DNA from: a bacterium
Lineage (GTDB): Bacteria; Patescibacteriota; Saccharimonadia; Saccharimonadales; UBA4665
Direction: 5' to 3'
Length of the DNA: 64,000 bases
Assembly: GCA_021833065.1 (NCBI GenBank)
Contig: JAKBGO010000002.1
Location: 11,493 to 75,492, forward strand
This document shows, piece after piece, positions 56,614 through 64,000 of the stretch (position 1 is its first letter; the number at the start of each line of letters is the position of its first letter). Below the pieces are notes generated by a model that was not told the origin of the DNA, ran no database searches, and was given only the letters and a program-made list of their open reading frames with translations. Position numbers and translations under genes: made by a program.

Positions 56614-58949
56614 TATTTTAAGTCCTCACTCGACAAAATAGTGTTACTGTAATCCATTTCGATAATGTGGTGAGGTGATGTATTTTCAATGTCACCGTGA
56701 TATAAGACTGACCGCCAGTCGAATTCCTGTTCCTTTTCTTCGTTGGTTTTTTCAACTTTTTTAACGTCCACGTACAGCCAATTGATGAACCCCTTCCAAA
56801 CGTCGATAAAAATATTACTTATTCCGATATATGCAATTACCGCCCAGCCGGCCAGTAATGCATTGAAGCCAGCGAAAAATGCATTAATCCAGTTATGATA
56901 GAAATAATCTCTTACAAGAATCGCAAGTGAAAAACCGATAATAATTAAAGGTGTTAATATGTAAATACTAGGCGCGATAGTTCGATTTTTTACCTTTGGT
57001 GTTCTTGCAAAAGGAATCTTTTTAGCCGTTATTGATTGTTGAAGTGATTTTATAACTCCAGCTAGATTTACTGGTAATAATATAAGGTTAAAACCATAAA
57101 TCCTTAGAACGTCTGTCCTCTTGTAGCCACAGTATTTCAGATCGCTCGCCATAGCTAAGAAATATGGCAAAGCAGCCAGAATTACAAATGGACTCAAAAG
57201 CCGACCATCATATGGGTACGCTAAAAGAAATATCAGTCCAAAAGAAGCCCAAGTTATCGAAGCCATATAGTTAAGCCTCAATAAAAACCCTGTGTTTAGA
57301 ATATTTTCACGCTGCTTCTTTCTTTCCCTGGCATGTTTTAAGAGCTTAGGCAGGATAAGCAAACCTCCATTAGCCCACCTGCGCCTCTGGACAATCAATG
57401 ATCCAAAATCCGGCGGTGTAGCACTATAGCTAAGTCTCTCCGGATAATTATATAAAGACCACCCATTAATGCATAAATCTATGCTTGATTCAGTATCTTC
57501 TATGACGGTTCTGTCTTGGATATATCTCTTTATTTCGAATCCGCCAATCCACTCTTTTTCAACAATATCTTCCAAAGCTTTCTTTCTGATTACGGCGTTG
57601 GCGCCAACCCAAAAAGTAGCATCAAAATAGGTCATTCCCTGATGTAGGATATGTTGAATATCTGTAGTTGCAGCAGCCAGTCTTTCAATCCTGGTAGCCG
57701 CTCCTCTAAATGATGAATAAGGTGTCTGCGTTACAGCGATTTTCTCATTTCCCGGCTGTTCTAAGAAGTACACCAGCCTCAAACAATAGTCTCGAAGTAG
57801 TATCGAATCAGCGTCCAGAGTCAAAATAAACTCGCTATCTGGTATCACCAAATCTTTTCGAGACGGTTTTTTCACTGGTAACAATATTAAGCCATCAGGT
57901 GTTAGACGCTCTTCATACCGGCCACCCATTAGGCCTATATATGAATTTAAATTCATCGCCTTATTGGATTCATGGGATAGTGATGCGTATTTTTTTCGCT
58001 CAAAAACTTCAATATCAAAATTAAAAATTGACCTTAGTCGATTGTAGAGCTGCGCAACTCTAACTACTGGGAGAGAAATTCCTTCAACTAGAGAGTCTTC
58101 AAGTGCTCGGCTTACAAGTACCAATTCACGGCTTAAATCTTTTAAAACGTGATTAGCGAAAAATAAATCAACATGGTCTTTAACAGTTTCTTGGTTAGCA
58201 ATTTGATCTAACCACCCATATGCAAATTTATATTCATCAATTAATTTTCTTAAATCCTTGGTTGATACTTTAGTTTTTAAACCGTATTTTTTTCTAAATT
58301 CCGATTCAGCTTTATTGAATCTTACTGCGAGGGGTTTAAAGAGATTGGTTATCTGCGAGGGGATGTTTCTGGTAGCATCAAGCTTGTCTGCGACGGAAGA
58401 ATCGGTTGGGTTGGGATTATCGTCTATCAGAAGGACTACTCTAGTATTAGGGAATTCCTGGATGGCAGCCGACATCAAAGTTTTTCTGATTACATCCGGC
58501 TCTTCGTTATATGAGGGCACTAGAACAGTTATTGAGGGGCTATTATTCGAAAAAAAATGTTGATCTAATTCTGCTCTCGGGACTCTGACGTGCTTAGCGA
58601 ATCTTTGATATGCGCCAGCTCTTGATACTAAGTACATCAAAGCCGAGAATGTTAGAAATGTAACGACAATTAAATAACCAAAGGATTGAAGCATGAAGCT
58701 AAATGTCTGTGGTCCGTTAAAAAACTGTCTAATAACAGTAGAGACTAGGTAAGAAATCCAGAAAAGGACAGTAATAACTATGGCCAGCCTAGAAAAAGTT
58801 ATCTTTTTAGTAGTAGGCTTTGCATGCACAATCGATAGCGGTTCCGTTTTTTTCTCAGCGCCCCACTGTCTTTTAAAATTTAACAGCTTTAGATTTTTAT
58901 TGTCAGACTTCAAAATAATCCCTTTTATAATTAAAATATACTCTAACAC
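56613..58949 (-). CDS. processive family-2 glycosyltransferase (cellulose/chitin-synthase-like), polytopic membrane protein
   Basis: VLVPSYNEE, LLIDD, LTLDADS, VIEDTESS and QRRRWANGG (QxxRW) motifs flanked by TM helices. The stop overlaps the GH18 start (TAATG). Confidence 0.85.
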   Translation of the reverse strand: MLEYILIIKGIILKSDNKNLKLLNFKRQWGAEKKTEPLSIVHAKPTTKKITFSRLAIVITVLFWISYLVSTVIRQFFNGPQTFSFMLQSFGYLIVVTFLTFSALMYLVSRAGAYQRFAKHVRVPRAELDQHFFSNNSPSITVLVPSYNEEPDVIRKTLMSAAIQEFPNTRVVLLIDDNPNPTDSSVADKLDATRNIPSQITNLFKPLAVRFNKAESEFRKKYGLKTKVSTKDLRKLIDEYKFAYGWLDQIANQETVKDHVDLFFANHVLKDLSRELVLVSRALEDSLVEGISLPVVRVAQLYNRLRSIFNFDIEVFERKKYASLSHESNKAMNLNSYIGLMGGRYEERLTPDGLILLPVKKPSRKDLVIPDSEFILTLDADSILLRDYCLRLVYFLEQPGNEKIAVTQTPYSSFRGAATRIERLAAATTDIQHILHQGMTYFDATFWVGANAVIRKKALEDIVEKEWIGGFEIKRYIQDRTVIEDTESSIDLCINGWSLYNYPERLSYSATPPDFGSLIVQRRRWANGGLLILPKLLKHARERKKQRENILNTGFLLRLNYMASITWASFGLIFLLAYPYDGRLLSPFVILAALPYFLAMASDLKYCGYKRTDVLRIYGFNLILLPVNLAGVIKSLQQSITAKKIPFARTPKVKNRTIAPSIYILTPLIIIGFSLAILVRDYFYHNWINAFFAGFNALLAGWAVIAYIGISNIFIDVWKGFINWLYVDVKKVEKTNEEKEQEFDWRSVLYHGDIENTSPHHIIEMDYSNTILSSEDLK

Positions 58950-59120
58950 ATTATCCGGTTATATTCAAGTATTTATGTAATATTATTGTTAGACTGTCTT
59001 TTATATTGATGAAATATAAAAGATAAGTTAATTCACCGCTGAGATTTCTATATATAACTTCTGTATTTGTTGAATGATGTTAGCACTTTATTTTTTTATC
59101 AAATTACAGGGTTTTATTCT

Positions 59121-59930
59121 TTATCCATTAGTGATAAATGAACGCATCCCGACACTTCCTAGGTCTATCATTTCGTTGAAAAAAATTAATTCCTCATTTT
59201 GGTCTAATAAAGACATGACAGCTAGCATTGGTCTGTAATGATCATCCATTTCGATAGCATGAAAGGCCGCCCGAGTAACTTTCTGGGGGTTAATCAGACC
59301 TTTCATGTCATGTTTCAATATGTGATCAGTAATCTTTTGATCAAACTCTTCAGCCCAATCAAAAACCTTACCACTCCAGTTGAGCAGTCGAAGGTTGTGG
59401 ACGATATTACCGCTGCCGATAAATATTACGCCTTTAGATCGAAGATGGCGTAAGTCCTTGAAGGTTTGGACAACTTGTTCTCTGGTGTGATTTAAATCCA
59501 AACTGATTTGTAAGATAGGAATTTTTGGATTAGGCACCATATGTTTCATGACTGACCATGTTCCATGATCCAGTCCCCAACTACTATCTAACATGGCCTC
59601 ATACTTCAAGAAAGCATTTTTAAGGACACGTGCTAATTCCGGATCTCCGTCGGCATCATACTTAACCTTATAGAGTTCCTCGGGAAAACCATAAAAATCA
59701 TAAATTATCGGTTGTTTTGGTGCGTCCGTGATGTGCGTACCATCGGTATACCAATGCGCACTTATCACGACGAATGCTTGAGCTTCCGGTAAATTTTGAC
59801 CGACTCTAGACCACTCCTTCGAAACTTCATTGTCTAAAATTGCATTCATTGGATTTCCATGTCCAACAAATAATACGGGCATTTTTTGACTCGGTTTTAA
59901 TTTGTTTTCTAGATTTAATAGTTTATTCAT
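59121..59930 (-). CDS. ygiD: 4,5-DOPA-dioxygenase-extradiol-like (YgiD family, class III extradiol dioxygenase)
   Basis: Collinear with the E. coli YgiD pattern: MPVLFVGHGNPMN, ISAHW, YDFYGFP, WGLDHGTW, GSGNIVHNL. Confidence 0.85.
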   Translation of the reverse strand: MNKLLNLENKLKPSQKMPVLFVGHGNPMNAILDNEVSKEWSRVGQNLPEAQAFVVISAHWYTDGTHITDAPKQPIIYDFYGFPEELYKVKYDADGDPELARVLKNAFLKYEAMLDSSWGLDHGTWSVMKHMVPNPKIPILQISLDLNHTREQVVQTFKDLRHLRSKGVIFIGSGNIVHNLRLLNWSGKVFDWAEEFDQKITDHILKHDMKGLINPQKVTRAAFHAIEMDDHYRPMLAVMSLLDQNEELIFFNEMIDLGSVGMRSFITNG

Positions 59931-60080
59931 AAAAACCCTAGCAATAATTATAACTGAGTATTTTTAGCGGCAATTAAAACATAGTTCTCATGCCAAGTTA
60001 ATCGCGCAATAATCATAAGAGACTACTTGTATTTCTATTATTATATCGAAGACAATGTCGCTGATAATTACTTTATGATT

Positions 60081-60260
60081 TTATTTTCTTAGAGCAAAAT
60101 TTAAAATTCTTATCCTGTAGTTAGCGTCCTCTGCATCCCTCAATAAATCTTCCGCCAATAAAGTTAACTGTCCGACCCTTCTTTCTAGACTTGATACGGC
60201 CGAATCTATCAATTCCTCCAATAATTCAATATTTTTTTCGTTTTTATTCCAGTTTTCCAT
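60081..60260 (-). CDS. possible 59-aa coiled-coil protein (below the ORF-track cutoff)
   Basis: The ATG at 60258-60260 lies 1 nt after the upstream stop (60262-60264). It translates to MENWNKNEKNIELLEELIDSAVSSLERRVGQLTLLAEDLLRDAEDANYRIRILNFALRK*. Confidence 0.35.
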   Translation of the reverse strand: MENWNKNEKNIELLEELIDSAVSSLERRVGQLTLLAEDLLRDAEDANYRIRILNFALRK

Positions 60261-60261
60261 A

Positions 60262-61017
60262 TTATTCAGCCGGTTTTCCTAAATCATCAAAACCATCAGG
60301 CATTTTTGCTGAATACTGCATTGAACGTAATGCCGATAGCCCCTCCTTGACGATTGGTCTTGCTCCGTAATGGTCCATCGACTGCTGACAGACATCTGTC
60401 CAAAAGGAATTTCGTCTGATTTGACGATCAATAGCCAGATTAGCTAACCTTCTTGCCTTAGAAATTCTTGTGTGATGCATCGTCTGGTTGATTTTTTCTA
60501 AAACTAAATCATCTTCAGACGAAAAATAGTCAATTCCATTATAAATATGTATTTCATCATTTTCTGGAAATTGTTCTCGTTCTAATAAATTGTCTAGGTC
60601 GATTAGTTTGGCGGCGATTGGCCAGTAAGGTCTCGTTGCCTCGACTGAAGTCATCCTTCTACCGCCATCCATTGATGCGAGCTTAAGCGACATTTCCTGA
60701 TAGTATTCAATGCTTTTGTAACTGGTTATTAGGTATGATACATACTCCCTTGCGATACTTCTGACAGCTCTTAGTGGCTCCTCAACTCCGTGCTTAATTT
60801 GGTGGCGTAAAACATTATTTAAATGCTTGGCGGCTTTTCCGGGAATAGAATTATATCCTAATGGAATAGAATTATATCCTAATAATGTGAAAGTCTCACC
60901 AAGCTCTCGCTTTGATTCGGGAGTAAAACCGTGCTCATAACTTATAAATTGTAGACGGATGATTGGATTATCAAACATATTACTTGCTACTGGTTTATCT
61001 GGCATCTCCGGATTCAT
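60262..61017 (-). CDS. hypothetical protein (contains an in-frame 7-aa tandem duplication)
   Basis: 251-aa ORF; LGYNSIP-LGYNSIP is encoded by a perfect 21-bp tandem repeat. Confidence 0.55.
   Translation of the reverse strand: MNPEMPDKPVASNMFDNPIIRLQFISYEHGFTPESKRELGETFTLLGYNSIPLGYNSIPGKAAKHLNNVLRHQIKHGVEEPLRAVRSIAREYVSYLITSYKSIEYYQEMSLKLASMDGGRRMTSVEATRPYWPIAAKLIDLDNLLEREQFPENDEIHIYNGIDYFSSEDDLVLEKINQTMHHTRISKARRLANLAIDRQIRRNSFWTDVCQQSMDHYGARPIVKEGLSALRSMQYSAKMPDGFDDLGKPAE
60842..60883. repeat. perfect 21-bp tandem duplication inside a CDS
   Basis: GGAATAGAATTATATCCTAAT occurs twice (60842-60862 and 60863-60883). Confidence 0.9.
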
Positions 61018-61175
61018 TTATATATTTTACCACATTAGGAGATAAATATCAAGAATCGGGTGCGTTGTTCGAAGGATAAATATAACCCTGTAGAATAAAA
61101 GTTCCGGAAAGCCAAAAACACCAGACCAATCTATTAGTACTTAATGCTCATATGCACTACACCAGTATTAAACGA

Positions 61176-62249
61176 CTATTCATCTAATGACGGTTTTTCA
61201 AGCGCTAGATCTTCTACCACTGGGTTAGATCCCGCAATCTTAACGACGTCCTTATCGACCTTTTTTAGTTCGTGATGAGCTCGATTAAAGTGCCCGACAG
61301 TTGTAGACAAAGATGATCCTAATTTTTGCATAAATCCCTCAAAATTACCGATATGCTTTCCCAATTCGCCGACTCTAAGACTAATGTCTTTTGCCTGCTT
61401 TTCAATCGATAAAGCCCTAAGACCCTGCATAACGGTTTGCAAATAAGCCATGAAACTGGTTGGAGAGACTATGATGACATGTTTATCCCTAAATGCGTAT
61501 TCCAGTAAATCGCGATTAGATGCTCCGGTAGAACCAACCTGTGAAACCAATAATTCATAGTAAATTGCCTCACTTGGTATAAACATAAAAGCAAAATCCA
61601 TAGTGTCTTCATTTTGTCTGATGTATTTTGATGTCTCGTCAATCCTACCTTTAAGATCATTCTTAAAATTTTTCAACATATCAGCTTTTATTTTAGGGTC
61701 ATGTTCGCTAATTAATCTATTGTAATTCTCTAATGAAAACTTGGAATCGATTGGCAATAACTTACCTTTTTCCAAATATATTACGGCATCAACCATTTCA
61801 CCGTCTTTAAACTTGTATTGCATCTTATATCTATTTGGAGGCAAAACATTCTGTAACAAATTTTCCAGATAATATTCACCGAGGACACCCCTTTGTTTAG
61901 GATTCTGGAGAACATTCTGCAACGTCTTTAGCTCTGTCGTCACATCAACGACCTTTTTATTTGTTTCATCAAGTTTCGTAAGTTTTTCGGTAACCTGAGT
62001 AATTAGCTTTGTGCTTTCTGCAAACTGCTTAACCATTGAATCTCTCATTGATTCCTGGGTTTTATCTAGTCTATCGGTAATTTGTTCACTTAAGTTTTCT
62101 TTTAAAGAATTTACTGTCTTGTTAAGTTCATTTAGGTCTTCTTTTAGCATTAATGTGGATGATGATTTTTTTGAACCAAAAAAATAAATTATCGCAACGA
62201 TAACCACAAAAATTCCTATGATGATTAAATCCAAGGTGCTCATTACCAC
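61176..62249 (-). CDS. rmuC: DNA recombination protein RmuC
   Basis: N-terminal TM helix, a long coiled coil, and a C-terminal RmuC nuclease-like domain (DAVIYL...LPIDSKF...FMFIPSEA). Confidence 0.9.
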   Translation of the reverse strand: MVMSTLDLIIIGIFVVIVAIIYFFGSKKSSSTLMLKEDLNELNKTVNSLKENLSEQITDRLDKTQESMRDSMVKQFAESTKLITQVTEKLTKLDETNKKVVDVTTELKTLQNVLQNPKQRGVLGEYYLENLLQNVLPPNRYKMQYKFKDGEMVDAVIYLEKGKLLPIDSKFSLENYNRLISEHDPKIKADMLKNFKNDLKGRIDETSKYIRQNEDTMDFAFMFIPSEAIYYELLVSQVGSTGASNRDLLEYAFRDKHVIIVSPTSFMAYLQTVMQGLRALSIEKQAKDISLRVGELGKHIGNFEGFMQKLGSSLSTTVGHFNRAHHELKKVDKDVVKIAGSNPVVEDLALEKPSLDE

Positions 62250-62288
62250 TCCATTATACCAACCAAAATAAATATAAAATCCTAAAAA

Positions 62289-63725
62289 CTACCAACTTGA
62301 ACTGACAGCCTTTCCCTCTTCATAGCCGGCCGCCGACTGGATTCCGACCACAGCTTTATCGAAAAAATCCTCGAGAGAAACAGCACCGGCATAAGACATT
62401 GAACTTCTCAGACCAGAAGTTATTTGATCGATAATATCTTCAACCCCAGGGGTTTTATCATCTATATAAAGTTTTGAATTGGAAATTCCTTCTTCAAAAA
62501 ATTCTTTAAGAGATCTGTCATAAGGATTATTATCTTGACTCCGGTTTTGAACAGCTCTTTTAGATGCCATACCAAAATTTTCTTTGTAAAGACCTCTTTC
62601 GTCTCTGAGTATGTCTCCCGCACTCTCATAAGTTCCGGAAAACCAGGAACCAATCATCACGGCACTAGCGCCGGCCGCAATTGCCAAGGCAACATCTCTA
62701 GGATATTTGATTCCGCCATCAGCCCAAACTTTAGCGCCGCGTGAGCGTGCAGCCTCAGCGCATTCCAATACGGCACTAAACTGAGGTCTTCCAACTCCCG
62801 TCATCATTCTAGTAATACACATCGCTCCCGGTCCCACTCCAACCTTAATAATGTTCGCACCAGCATCAATCAAATCATTTGTAGCTTGAGCAGTTACAAC
62901 ATTACCGGCTACTATTTGAACATCTTGACTGAGAGATCTGGCAATCTTAATGGCCTCTATCATCTTCTGTTGATGGCCGTGAGCCGTATCCATGACCAGA
63001 ACATCTGCACCGAACGAAAGAACCTTTTCGACTTTCGACTTGACATCACCGTTGACACCTACGGCCACTCCAACCATGAGTTTTCCGTCTTTACTAAGAG
63101 CCGGCGAATACAAGCTGGCACGGAGAGCACTTCTTTGTGTTATTATGCCGACAAGCTTACCTTCATTGTCTACGACCGGAGCCGCATTAATATGATTTTC
63201 ATATAACTGTTCAAACATTTCTTTGGGACTTTTTCCTTGAGCCAAGGTAACCAGCGCAGGGTTCATGAAAGTATCAAGACTAGCAAATCTGTCCGCCTCG
63301 TAAGCTTCTTTTTCATTTATCAAGCCAACCGGTCGATTTTCATCATCAACAATCAGTACCACACCATGGGCCCTTTTATTGATTATATTTAACGCATCAG
63401 CTACCAAATTAGCGGTTTTTAGGACAAGCGGGGTTTCATATACTGGATTAGCAGACTTTATCTGCTTAATCATTGTGCTTAATCTGTCAAAAGGAATGTC
63501 TTGTGGTAGAATGGCGATTCCGCCACGTCTAGCAACAGTTTCCGCCATTCGGCGACCGGCTACTGCATTCATATTGGCAACAACAATTGGAATATGAGTT
63601 CCGGTATTGTCGGATGGCGTTAAATCAACACTAAATCTTGATCCGACATCACTATAACTCGGTATTAAAAACACGTCGTTATAAGTCAAATCATAATTAA
63701 TAGTCGAATCGTTTAAAAACTTCAT
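62289..63725 (-). CDS. guaB1: GuaB1-family IMP-dehydrogenase-related protein (GMP-reductase type)
   Basis: DLTYNDVFLIPSYSDVGSRFSVDL...VVANMNAVAGRRMAETVARRGGIAILPQD is the GuaB1-type N-terminus. Also has a CBS pair and the catalytic loop GVGPGAMCITR. I chose the ATG at 63723-63725 (preceded by GGGGGG) over the track's TTG at 63755. Confidence 0.9.
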   Translation of the reverse strand: MKFLNDSTINYDLTYNDVFLIPSYSDVGSRFSVDLTPSDNTGTHIPIVVANMNAVAGRRMAETVARRGGIAILPQDIPFDRLSTMIKQIKSANPVYETPLVLKTANLVADALNIINKRAHGVVLIVDDENRPVGLINEKEAYEADRFASLDTFMNPALVTLAQGKSPKEMFEQLYENHINAAPVVDNEGKLVGIITQRSALRASLYSPALSKDGKLMVGVAVGVNGDVKSKVEKVLSFGADVLVMDTAHGHQQKMIEAIKIARSLSQDVQIVAGNVVTAQATNDLIDAGANIIKVGVGPGAMCITRMMTGVGRPQFSAVLECAEAARSRGAKVWADGGIKYPRDVALAIAAGASAVMIGSWFSGTYESAGDILRDERGLYKENFGMASKRAVQNRSQDNNPYDRSLKEFFEEGISNSKLYIDDKTPGVEDIIDQITSGLRSSMSYAGAVSLEDFFDKAVVGIQSAAGYEEGKAVSSSW

Positions 63726-63787
63726 TGTAAATATAACCCCCCACTTAAAGACCAACTATAAGTTTACTACAATTTAATATTAGAAAT

Positions 63788-63813
63788 AAAAAAAACCGGC
63801 CTTAAAAAGCCGG
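63788..63813 (-). terminator. rho-independent terminator of the upstream (right-edge) gene
   Basis: The minus strand reads CCGGC-tttttaag-GCCGG followed by T8. Confidence 0.6.
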
Positions 63814-63836
63814 TCGGTCAAATTAACTTCTACAGA

Positions 63837-64000
63837 TTAAAAGCGTTTGATTAAATCTCGACTCAGTGATTTGTTAAGACCACTGAAATTAAGTTTGATA
63901 CTAGGTTCAGTCGCCTGCATTAAAAGTATAAAAACAGGCAACGTCCCCGGGCGCAAATCGGCCGGCAAAGCATATCCATTATCATATCTAATTTGCTTCC
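63837..64000 (-). CDS. 3' end of an unidentified gene running off the right edge
   Basis: The reverse strand is open from 64000 to the TAA at 63837-63839 (...KQIRYDNGYALPADLRPGTLPVFILLMQATEPSIKLNFSGLNKSLSRDLIKRF*) and is followed by a terminator. Confidence 0.5.
   Translation of the reverse strand, partial: KQIRYDNGYALPADLRPGTLPVFILLMQATEPSIKLNFSGLNKSLSRDLIKRF

Noticed and set aside
58998-59022. A perfect 9-bp AT-rich inverted repeat (CTTTTATAT-tgatgaa-ATATAAAAG) between the ygiD-like gene and the GT2 gene, considered as a terminator or operator.
   Set aside because: The stem is all A/T, there is no adjoining U-tract on the transcribed (minus) strand, and such hairpins arise easily in AT-rich spacers. 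I noted it but do not call it.
1-64000. A search for CRISPR arrays, rRNA genes, IS elements/transposases, integrases and additional tRNAs.
   Set aside because: I saw no regularly spaced direct repeats, no rRNA-like conserved stretches and no transposase or integrase-like ORFs. The only clean cloverleaf is tRNA-Gln at 23880-23953. This was a manual scan, so short or degenerate elements could have been missed.

Overview
The window is a densely coded, low-GC bacterial segment with standard stop-codon usage. By inference it resembles a small-genome Patescibacteria/CPR (Saccharibacteria-like) organism: transketolase is split, the sugar-phosphate operon is compact, and many ORFs are lineage-specific hypotheticals. 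The left third (1-22.6 kb, almost all minus strand) is core housekeeping: gatC (partial), uvrB, a PfkB kinase/fba/split tkt/rpe/rpiB/gap block, ppa, a glutaredoxin-like::thioredoxin-reductase fusion with an NrdH-like gene, FKBP, NUDIX, pheST, yajQ, an L,D-transpeptidase, typA, dienelactone hydrolase, and metK with a candidate SAM riboswitch leader. A tRNA-Gln(CUG) at 23880-23953 is followed by about 6 kb of accessory DNA. In that stretch, one- or two-gene modules (RelE/Phd, a HAM1-type NTP pyrophosphatase, AbrB/Doc, small membrane and coiled-coil proteins, and a frameshifted paralog) are separated by direct repeats that copy or mimic the 3' end of tRNA-Gln. No recombinase is present in the window. 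I rate this the most unusual structure here. The right half mixes envelope and transport genes (MacB-type and ABC-2 transporters, MMPL, GH5, and a translationally coupled processive GT2 synthase plus GH18/CBM5-12 pair) with three other blocks. One is a Crp/Fnr-adjacent stress operon: Hsp20, a phosphoribosyltransferase, a DUF2795-like protein and an aeRF1-like protein. Another is an uncharacterised five-gene operon containing a J-domain-like protein. The rest is housekeeping: glpX, ygiD-like, rmuC and a guaB1-type gene. No rRNA, CRISPR array, transposase or integrase was seen.
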